Assembly (NCBI GenBank): GCA_964513145.1
Contig: CAZELK010000014.1
Coordinates: 1 to 12,882 of the forward strand
Direction: 5' to 3'
Length of the DNA stretch: 12,882 bases
Source: Candidatus Woesearchaeota archaeon
GTDB taxonomy: Archaea > Nanobdellota > Nanobdellia > SCGC-AAA011-G17 > JACPIM01
Below, piece after piece: positions 1-7,286 of the stretch. A program made the translations under genes and the position numbers. Each line of letters begins with the position of its first letter. Within the stretch, counting starts at the first letter, position 1. The notes beneath the pieces were generated by a model. The model was given only the letters and a program-made list of their open reading frames with translations. It was not told the origin of the DNA and did not search any database.

Positions 1-632
1 TCTTTTGTTATTCTTGCAAGTTCCTTGATATTTGTAGTCAAAGGCGTAATTATTTTTTGGAAAACCTGTTCAAGAACTTTCATTTCATTTCCAATATTAA
101 CTATATTTTTGTCATATTGGCTGATTTTTCCTAAAATTGCTTTCTCAATATTGTCAAACCTATGTTCAAGCCTTATTAGTTCCTGTTTAACAGAAGCAAC
201 ATCAGTTTTCATTTTTTCTTTCCATATATCCAAATTCCCAAATCTTTGCATGGAGTTCTTCCATTTTTCTTCTATAATAGATTCTATCAAGGCTTCAACT
301 TCATCCAGCCCACCCCTCGGATTTTGAGAACTGGTATTGTCTTGTAATTCTTGTCCAAAACTTGAATAATTTCTAAATTGTGTGCTTGTAAAATTCCCAG
401 AATTTTGCGGGTTATTTAATAATGAAGGTCTTAGTCCGGGTTCTGGAGCTTCTTCAATCTCAGCCTCTTGTGGCGGACTGCCTAATTTAGATTGGTTTAT
501 AGCATCATCAATTTGAACACTTGTAAATCCATCTTTTTTTAAAGATTCATAAATTTGAGCATCAGAAAAACCCTGATTTTGTAATTCTCCTGCTTTTTCA
601 ACTGCTTCATTTATTTCTGCCAGATTTATCAC
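1..632 (-). CDS. Hypothetical coiled-coil protein, partial (open at the left edge); absent from the ORF track
   Basis: Hand translation of the minus strand gives a stop-free frame from 632 to the edge: (VIN)LAEINEAVEKAGELQNQGFSDAQIYESLKKDGFTSVQIDDAINQS..PPQEAEIEEAPEPG..LDEVEALIESIIEEKWKNSMQRFGNLDIWKEKMKTDVASVKQELIRLEHRFDNIEKAILGKISQYDKNI... An in-frame TGA lies just upstream. The start is GTG (632) or CTG (623, after AGGTGAT). It overlaps the end of the upstream gene. Confidence 0.85.
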   Translation of the reverse strand, partial: MINLAEINEAVEKAGELQNQGFSDAQIYESLKKDGFTSVQIDDAINQSKLGSPPQEAEIEEAPEPGLRPSLLNNPQNSGNFTSTQFRNYSSFGQELQDNTSSQNPRGGLDEVEALIESIIEEKWKNSMQRFGNLDIWKEKMKTDVASVKQELIRLEHRFDNIEKAILGKISQYDKNIVNIGNEMKVLEQVFQKIITPLTTNIKELARITK

Positions 633-1005
633 CTTTTTTTGATTTCATTTTATTTAATTTTTCTTCTATAATTTTTTCTATATCATCTTCCCTTACAAAT
701 TCTAAGGGGTTCCACAAATTAATATACTTTTCCAAGAGTTTAATGTCATTTTTCCTGGCAAAAAAGTCCACTTCATTTAAAAAGCCATTTATTGTTTGTT
801 TCAAGTTAAACAAATCATTTTTTAAGGTTTTAATATCAGCATTAATAATTTCAATTTCCTTGTTTATTCTTTTATATTCTTCTATTGTATTTTGGTTTAC
901 TGCAAGGAGATTTTCAGCAAGAAGGTTGTTTTTGCTTTCTAAATTTCTTAATTTATTATAGACATCAGAAAATACATTATTTGGGTCTTGTTCTATTAAA
1001 ACCAT
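607..1005 (-). CDS. Hypothetical coiled-coil protein (about 132 aa)
   Basis: The ORF track gives 607-1014 from a TTG; the ATG at 1005 (MVLIEQDP) is the more likely start. Heptad-like helices are followed by LEKYINLWNPLEFV. The TGA stop lies inside the start region of the next minus-strand gene. Confidence 0.85.
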   Translation of the reverse strand: MVLIEQDPNNVFSDVYNKLRNLESKNNLLAENLLAVNQNTIEEYKRINKEIEIINADIKTLKNDLFNLKQTINGFLNEVDFFARKNDIKLLEKYINLWNPLEFVREDDIEKIIEEKLNKMKSKKGDKSGRNK

Positions 1006-1082
1006 TTTAAGCAAAAATTATATATTGTTATTTCATTAAATATATTAATATTACTTGTTAAAGGTAATGTAATTATCTAAAA

Positions 1083-1087
1083 GAGGT
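1083..1087 (+). promoter_or_regulatory. Shine-Dalgarno site of the ATPase gene
   Basis: GAGGT followed by AAA and the ATG at 1091. Confidence 0.7.
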
Positions 1088-1090
1088 AAA

Positions 1091-4000
1091 ATGAGTACAG
1101 TACAGCCAGTTAAAAAAGAATATGACATTGTTAAGCAGGGTCAGGAAGAAATTTTAAAAATTGATGCTTCTATATGGCCTTATTCGCCGTCTATAGAAGA
1201 TAATCCAGTAGTTATGTCTAAAATAATTGAAAGGCTTTCTGAGTTTCCATCAACTGCCAGAATAATATTAATACAAAAGAAAAATTATGAATATGATTAT
1301 GAACAAACACAGTCATTAATTGAAATATCTAATTTATACAAGCATCTCATAAAACAAAAGAAAATACTGGCTATAAAAACAAGGGATATTTCTTCAGAGG
1401 ATTTTAAAAATAAAGCTTCTTTATTGCAGTATTTAGTTTATACATTGTTAAAAACAGATCCATTGGGCTGTTATATAGAAACAAAAAGAATATCAAGGGG
1501 AGCAAAAATATCTATAGAAAAATTAGACAGGGATTCTGTTATAGAAGAGCAGGAATTTCTTTCCAAATTAGATTACATATTAAATGCGCTTGAAGAAACA
1601 AAATTACTGAAAATATTCAAGGAAGAATTAAGTGGTTATCAGATAGGTAATCGATATCTGTATAGGCAATTTTTCAAGCCAAACATAACCCCGATTTTTT
1701 TATTTACTAAGATTTACACGCAAATACCAGAAAATTCAAAACAGCTCAATGCCTATAATGTAAAAGGTACAGATATTTCTGTTTTTAAATTAAAGGAAGA
1801 TGTAAAAAATTTTTATAGGATAATCCCGCCAGAATTAAAATTAACAGAAGATCAATATGAAATTTTAAATGTAGCAAGAAAAGTCCTTTCAGAACACAAG
1901 CCTAAAGATGAAGAATTTCTGGAACCGCAAAAACTGCGAAGAACTTTTTTCAATATTGGCAGGGATTTAATTTTAGATCTCTTGAATAATAAAAATATTG
2001 AAATGTCAATAGAAGATATAAATGAACTTGCTAAAGTAATAGTAAGATACACAATTGGTTTCGGTACAATAGAATTGTTATTGCAAGATCAAAAAATACA
2101 GGATATAGTAGTAAACAGCCCGATTGGGCAGACACCAATTTTTGTAGTTCACGAAGATTTTGATGAATGTGTAACAAATATAATTCCAAGCAGCGAAGAT
2201 GCGGAAGGATGGGGAACAAAATTCAGGTTATTGTCTGGCAGGCCATTAGATGAAGCAAACCCAATTTTGGATACAGAACTTTCAATTCCTGGCGCAAGAG
2301 CAAGGGTAGCAGTAATTTCAGAACCATTAAGTAAACTAGGCTTGGCATATGCATTTAGAAGACACAGAGACTCCCCATGGACATTTCCATTATTTATAAA
2401 AAACAGGACTATGAATTCTTTGGCTGCTGGATTATTAAGTTTTTTAATAAACGGTAATAAGTCGATTTTATTTGCAGGTACGAGAGGAAGTGGAAAAACC
2501 TCGATTTTAGGAGCATCATTATTGGATATTATGAAGAAATACAGAATTTTAATTATTGAAGATACAGAGGAACTTAATACAGAAGTAATGAGAAAAATAG
2601 GTTACAATATTCAGTCAATGAAAGTTCGCTCAGCTTTGTCAAAGTCTTCTTCAGAAGTTTCAGCTGATGAAGGAATAAGAACTGCCTTAAGATTGGGTGA
2701 TTCTGCCTTAATTGTAGGAGAAGTGAGAAGTTCAATAAGAGGTAATGAAGAAGTTTTAATTGTGGAAAATGGGATGACAAAAAGGGTACTAATTAACGAT
2801 TTGGAAAATAAAGATATTTCAAATATTTTTATACCATCAATGGACTTTGATTTAAAATTTAAATTAAAAAAGTTAAAAGCCTTTGTTAAACATCCAAAAA
2901 GAACAAAATTATTGGAAGTTATAACAAAAACAGGAAGAAAAATAACAGTTACTCCAGACCACAGTTTATTTACTAATAAAAATTTTCAAATCTCACCTAT
3001 AGAATGTCAATCTCTTAAAATAAAAGATAAGATAATAATTCCAGAAAAACTACCCATAGGCTACAATAATATTTCTTCAATTAATTTATTTGATTTATTG
3101 GGGGAGGAAGATTGCAAAGCTACAGGTTATGAAGAAGATTTGAAGAAAATAATTAAAAAAATAGGGTGGAAAAAAGCCAGTGAAATTAGTAATTGTAGTA
3201 ATGATATTTATCAGTATTTAAGAAAAGGAATGCAGCACACAAATTTACCTATAAAAAATTATAAGGAATTGGCACAAGAAGCTAACTACTCAATAAATTT
3301 AGAAAATATTCAAATCAAAAAAGGAACTAGCGGGACTTTATCTGCTAATATTGAGATAAGTAATGAATTTTGTAGATTTTTAGGATATTATGTTTCTGAA
3401 GGGTATACTCAAGAAACACAAGGAAATGTAATTATCTCAAATTCAAATGAAATAATAATAAATGATATTGTAAATATTTCAAAGAATATTTTTAATATTG
3501 AACCAAATATGCGAAAAACATATGGGTTGGGAGTATCAACCCAAATTATATTGGGAAATAAAATCTTGGCTTTATTATTAAGTAAAATGGGCTGTGGTCG
3601 AATCGCTTTAGAAAAAAGAGTGCCTGAAATAATATTTAGTTTATCAGAAGATAAAATATGTGAATTCTTAAAAGCTTATTTTGATGGGGATGGCTGTCAG
3701 ACCTCAGTCATTTCATCAGGAAATAGAATTGCTTGTAGCACAATATCTGGGGGTTTAGCAAACGACTTAATGTATTTATTTTTACAATTGGGTATTGTTG
3801 CACGAATTTATGAAAGAGAACTGGTGGATTTGGGACAACATAAACAATATGTTGTTGAGTTCAAACAAAGAAAGTATGTTGAATTATTTTTAGAAAAAGT
3901 AGGCTTTACAAAATATCAAAAAAATATAATTAAAAGGGGTTTTTCACATTCTAAAGAAAATGTTGTTGAATTTGATATTAAAGTTTTAGAAGATAATTTA

Positions 4001-4870
4001 AAAATTAAAAGAAAATTTAGGCACTTAAGAAAAACAAAATGTTGTGGAAAAGAATATTTAAAAAAAGTAGTAAATGAATGTGATAATTCGTCAGAATTAA
4101 TAAAAACATTTGCTAATGGTAATTTTTACATTGATGAAGTTAAGGAAATTAAAGAAATTAATTTAGAGGAAGGCGAATATGTTTATGATCTGTCAGTAGA
4201 ACCTTGTCAGAATTTTATAGGTGGTTTTGGCGGTATAATGTTGCATAATACCGAAGCTTTAGCTTTGTACGAGGCTATGCGTGTTGGAGCTATGGCAAAT
4301 AGCGTAATGGGGACATTGCATGGTGATAGTCCTTATGGTGTTTTTGACAGGGTTGTAAATGATTTAAAAGTCCCGAGAACTTCTTTCAAGGCAACAGACA
4401 TTATTGTAATTTCAAATCCAGTTAAAAGCCCGGATGGTTTGCATAAATTCCGTCGCATTTTATCTATAACTGAAGTTCGAAAGCATTGGGAAAAAGACCC
4501 GTTAAGAGAAAAAGGATTTGTTGATTTAATGAAATATAATCCAAAAACAGATGAATTAGAGCCTACAGATGATTTAATTAATGGGGATTCTGAAATTTTA
4601 AAAGCAATCGCAAGCACAACCAAAGAATGGACAAGCGACTGGACAGCACTTTGGGAAAATATAATTCTTAGATCAAAAATTAATCAAGCCCTTGTTGATT
4701 ATTCCACGCAATTTAACAATCAAAATATTTTAGAAGCTGATTTTATTGTAAAATCAAATGATGCCTTGCATAAGATAATGGAAACCCTGAGCCATGAAGA
4801 TAAAATAAACAATGATAAAATTTACTTGTTATGGGAAGACTGGTTAAAAAAACAGGTAAACTATGGTTAA
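1091..4870 (+). CDS. Type II/IV secretion / type IV pilus assembly ATPase (VirB11/TadA/FlaI family), intein-containing precursor; about 753 aa after splicing
   Basis: Walker A GTRGSGKTS (2477-2503), Asp box IIEDTEEL, Walker B LIVGEVR (2708-2728) and His box MGTLHGDS. It also has the DIVVN, RARV and AFRR segments typical of this family. Removing the intein restores GEVRSTEALALYEAMRVG. Confidence 0.95.
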   Translation: MSTVQPVKKEYDIVKQGQEEILKIDASIWPYSPSIEDNPVVMSKIIERLSEFPSTARIILIQKKNYEYDYEQTQSLIEISNLYKHLIKQKKILAIKTRDISSEDFKNKASLLQYLVYTLLKTDPLGCYIETKRISRGAKISIEKLDRDSVIEEQEFLSKLDYILNALEETKLLKIFKEELSGYQIGNRYLYRQFFKPNITPIFLFTKIYTQIPENSKQLNAYNVKGTDISVFKLKEDVKNFYRIIPPELKLTEDQYEILNVARKVLSEHKPKDEEFLEPQKLRRTFFNIGRDLILDLLNNKNIEMSIEDINELAKVIVRYTIGFGTIELLLQDQKIQDIVVNSPIGQTPIFVVHEDFDECVTNIIPSSEDAEGWGTKFRLLSGRPLDEANPILDTELSIPGARARVAVISEPLSKLGLAYAFRRHRDSPWTFPLFIKNRTMNSLAAGLLSFLINGNKSILFAGTRGSGKTSILGASLLDIMKKYRILIIEDTEELNTEVMRKIGYNIQSMKVRSALSKSSSEVSADEGIRTALRLGDSALIVGEVRSSIRGNEEVLIVENGMTKRVLINDLENKDISNIFIPSMDFDLKFKLKKLKAFVKHPKRTKLLEVITKTGRKITVTPDHSLFTNKNFQISPIECQSLKIKDKIIIPEKLPIGYNNISSINLFDLLGEEDCKATGYEEDLKKIIKKIGWKKASEISNCSNDIYQYLRKGMQHTNLPIKNYKELAQEANYSINLENIQIKKGTSGTLSANIEISNEFCRFLGYYVSEGYTQETQGNVIISNSNEIIINDIVNISKNIFNIEPNMRKTYGLGVSTQIILGNKILALLLSKMGCGRIALEKRVPEIIFSLSEDKICEFLKAYFDGDGCQTSVISSGNRIACSTISGGLANDLMYLFLQLGIVARIYERELVDLGQHKQYVVEFKQRKYVELFLEKVGFTKYQKNIIKRGFSHSKENVVEFDIKVLEDNLKIKRKFRHLRKTKCCGKEYLKKVVNECDNSSELIKTFANGNFYIDEVKEIKEINLEEGEYVYDLSVEPCQNFIGGFGGIMLHNTEALALYEAMRVGAMANSVMGTLHGDSPYGVFDRVVNDLKVPRTSFKATDIIVISNPVKSPDGLHKFRRILSITEVRKHWEKDPLREKGFVDLMKYNPKTDELEPTDDLINGDSEILKAIASTTKEWTSDWTALWENIILRSKINQALVDYSTQFNNQNILEADFIVKSNDALHKIMETLSHEDKINNDKIYLLWEDWLKKQVNYG
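2732..4249 (+). mobile_element. Intein with LAGLIDADG homing endonuclease (506 aa, precursor residues 548-1053)
   Basis: Block A SIRGNEEVLI (Ser1), block B ITVTPDHSLF (TxxH), block C FLGYYVSEG (within 3368-3403), block E FLKAYFDGDG (3665-3694), block F YVYDLSVEPCQNF, and terminal block G MLHN followed by Thr+1 at 4250. Confidence 0.95.
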
Positions 4871-7016
4871 TGAATCTACAGATGAAATATTAAGAAAATA
4901 TAAGGAAGAAATATCTAAAAAAGTTCTTTTTGATGATAAGGAATATTTTCCAGATGAAACTTTTTCAATAGAATATAAAGTTTTTAGAAAAGAAAATCTT
5001 GAAAAGAATATCTCAAGATATGAAAACTTATGTAATTTTTCTGAAAAAATATTGAAAGTCTCGCCAAATAAAAATCAAGCACCAGTAATTAATGAAGCAA
5101 TTAACAGAATACACTTGGAGATGACTCCAGAAGGAGCAATGAGTTTTGCAGTCTTGGTTGGCTTATCAGTTATTAGTGCGGGCATTTTAATTTTGTTGAT
5201 TTCATTATTCCTTAAGCAGCTTTCAGTTTTCCTTCCAATGTTAATCATGCTTTCTGGTTTGTTATTAATAAGTCCGTTAAGCAAATATCCGTTAAAACTG
5301 GCTAATGATTATAGATTAAAAGCAAGTAATCAAATGGTTCTTTGTATTTTGTATATAGTTACTTACATGCGCCATACATCAAATCTTGAAAATGCAATAA
5401 AATTTGCAGGCGAACATTTGTCATCACCACTTTCATTAGACTTAAGAAAAGTTCTGTGGGATGTTGAAACAGGAAAATTTGTGACTATAAAAGACAGCAT
5501 TGATGATTATCTTGCTTATTGGAGAAAATATAACCTTGAATTTATAGAATCATTTCATTTGATTCAAGGCTCTTTGTATGAGCCTGATGAAGCAAGAAGA
5601 GTTAAACTATTGGATAAATCATTGGAAACTATTCTAGAATCAGTTTATGAAAGAATGTTGCATTATGCCCAGGAAATTAAAACCCCGATTACTATGCTCC
5701 ATATGTTGGGCGTAATACTTCCTATTTTGGGTCTGGTAATATTTCCATTGATGGGTAGTTTTATTGGTGGGTTGATAAAATGGTACCACATTGCATTTAT
5801 TTACAATTTAGTCTTGCCAATAATTTTAATGACAACAGGAAATAATATTTTAGCCAAAAGACCCACAGGTTATTCAGAATCAGAGTTTTTTTCAAAGAAA
5901 TTCTCCCTGGATAATTATAAGAAAACAAAATTTCTTGGTAAGGAGTTCAGTCTAAAATTCTTATGTATTTTAATTGGATCAATTTTTGTTTTTCTGGGTG
6001 TTTCACCATTATTGTTGCATTTTTATGACTCTTCATTTGATCAATTAGAATTATTTAGTATTAGAATTTTGGATTTTAAATGCGACAATAATGTTTGCTT
6101 GGGTCCTTACAGCACATTTTCATTATTAATCAGCTTGCTTGTTCCTTTGGGAATTTCATTAGCCATAGGGTTATATTATTATTTAACAACAAAAGAAATA
6201 ATAAAAATAAGACAGGAGACATTAGACCTAGAAAAGGAATTTACAGCAGCCTTATTTCAGCTTGGTAATCGCGTAGGTGACGGCATACCTGTTGAAAGTG
6301 CATTTAGCCAGGTAGCTGAAAATATGAAAAATACTCCGACAGGAAATCTGCTTAGAATAATAGATTTTAACATAAGAAAAATCGGTCTTGGAGTAAAAGA
6401 TGCAATTTTTGATAAGGAAAAAGGAGCACTGCAATATTATCCAAGTGCCTTAATTGAAAGCTCAATGAAAGTAATGATCCAGGCAGCAAAAAAAAGCCCG
6501 ACAACAGTTTCAAAGTCTTTAATAACAATCTCTAATTATGTAAAAAGAATTCATAGGGTGGATGAAAGGCTGAAAGACTTGTTAGCAGACATAATCTCAT
6601 CTATGAAATCACAAATTTCTTTTTTAACACCAATGATTGCTGGAATAGTAATCGCTGTAGGTTCAATGATAGTTACAGTCATAAATAATTTAGGAGAGCA
6701 ATTTGCAAAAGCAACAACATTTAGCCAGGATACTCAGGTTAGCGGCCTGGTGGCATTGGAGAAAATAATTAATATAAAAGATGTAATACCTGGATTTTAT
6801 TTGCAAATAGTAGTCGGAATTTATGTTATACAAATTGGAATTATTCTGACTATTTTATCAAGCGGCATTGAAAAAGGAATAGATAGATTAACAGAAAAAA
6901 ACCAGATAGGAAAAAATGTTTTAATTTCAACATTACTTTATGTTGCTATTTCATTGATAGGAGTTCTGGTATTTTCATTGTTATCTAAAGGAATATCAAC
7001 TATTGGTTCTGCCTAG
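4863..7016 (+). CDS. Type IV pilus/Tad membrane platform protein (TadB/TadC/FlaJ-like, two T2SSF-type repeats)
   Basis: It overlaps the ATPase stop by 8 nt, with AGGT upstream of the ATG. There are many hydrophobic helices and two T2SSF-like starts: YIVTYMRHTSNLENAIKFAGEHL (from about 5328) and LFQLGNRVGDGIPVESAFSQVAE (from about 6231). An ATPase plus platform pair is the standard archaeal type IV filament core. Confidence 0.88.
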   Translation: MVNESTDEILRKYKEEISKKVLFDDKEYFPDETFSIEYKVFRKENLEKNISRYENLCNFSEKILKVSPNKNQAPVINEAINRIHLEMTPEGAMSFAVLVGLSVISAGILILLISLFLKQLSVFLPMLIMLSGLLLISPLSKYPLKLANDYRLKASNQMVLCILYIVTYMRHTSNLENAIKFAGEHLSSPLSLDLRKVLWDVETGKFVTIKDSIDDYLAYWRKYNLEFIESFHLIQGSLYEPDEARRVKLLDKSLETILESVYERMLHYAQEIKTPITMLHMLGVILPILGLVIFPLMGSFIGGLIKWYHIAFIYNLVLPIILMTTGNNILAKRPTGYSESEFFSKKFSLDNYKKTKFLGKEFSLKFLCILIGSIFVFLGVSPLLLHFYDSSFDQLELFSIRILDFKCDNNVCLGPYSTFSLLISLLVPLGISLAIGLYYYLTTKEIIKIRQETLDLEKEFTAALFQLGNRVGDGIPVESAFSQVAENMKNTPTGNLLRIIDFNIRKIGLGVKDAIFDKEKGALQYYPSALIESSMKVMIQAAKKSPTTVSKSLITISNYVKRIHRVDERLKDLLADIISSMKSQISFLTPMIAGIVIAVGSMIVTVINNLGEQFAKATTFSQDTQVSGLVALEKIINIKDVIPGFYLQIVVGIYVIQIGIILTILSSGIEKGIDRLTEKNQIGKNVLISTLLYVAISLIGVLVFSLLSKGISTIGSA

Positions 7017-7022
7017 CAAAGA

Positions 7023-7052
7023 TTTATACATGTGTATGCGCATGCATATAGT
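7023..7052 (+). promoter_or_regulatory. TATA box plus candidate operator of TA module 1
   Basis: TTTATA at 7023-7028, 25-30 nt before the ATG at 7053. Inverted repeats ATACA-TG-TGTAT (7026-7037) and TATGC-GCAT-GCATA (7035-7048). Confidence 0.6.
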
Positions 7053-7286
7053 ATGACAAAAGTAATATCATTATCAAACGAAGCGTATGAGAGAATTAAG
7101 TCTATAAAAAGATCAGGAGAATCTTTTTCTGATATAGTTATAAAATTAATTCCAAGACCGAAGAAAAAATCATTATTAGATTTTTTTGGTAAATGGCCTG
7201 GTTCAGAAGAAGAAATTGAAAATATCAAAAAAATTATAGAGAAAGGAAGAAAAAATTTTAAAATAAGAGAGGTCGTTTTAGATTAA
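7053..7286 (+). CDS. vapB: Putative antitoxin, archaeal VapB / DUF217-like (77 aa)
   Basis: MTKVISLSNEAYERIKSIKRSGESFSDIVIKLI is the characteristic N-terminus of this archaeal antitoxin family, and a PIN remnant follows directly. The ATG at 7053 is preferred over the ORF track's GTG at 7032 because of its spacing from the TATA box. Confidence 0.85.
   Translation: MTKVISLSNEAYERIKSIKRSGESFSDIVIKLIPRPKKKSLLDFFGKWPGSEEEIENIKKIIEKGRKNFKIREVVLD

Noticed and set aside
25-327. Plus-strand 100-aa ORF (also 743-961)
   Set aside because: Antisense shadows of the minus-strand coiled-coil genes, with the Phe/Ser/Leu/Ile bias expected from reversed Lys/Glu codons.
4280-4330. KlbA-type Ala1 intein site
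   Set aside because: The region before the His box is continuous. The only intein is after Walker B and begins with Ser.
1852-6434. Short minus-strand ORFs at 1852-2052, 2031-2219, 2574-2780, 4333-4623, 5075-5284 and 6252-6434
   Set aside because: They lie fully antisense to the ATPase or platform genes and show no motifs or start signals.
1091-7016. Archaellum (flaI-flaJ) operon
   Set aside because: No FlaH-like ATPase, archaellin or FlaF/G gene is adjacent in the window, so only the broader type IV pilus/Tad assignment is supported.
7013-7228. Minus-strand 71-aa ORF
   Set aside because: Antisense to the antitoxin and its promoter.
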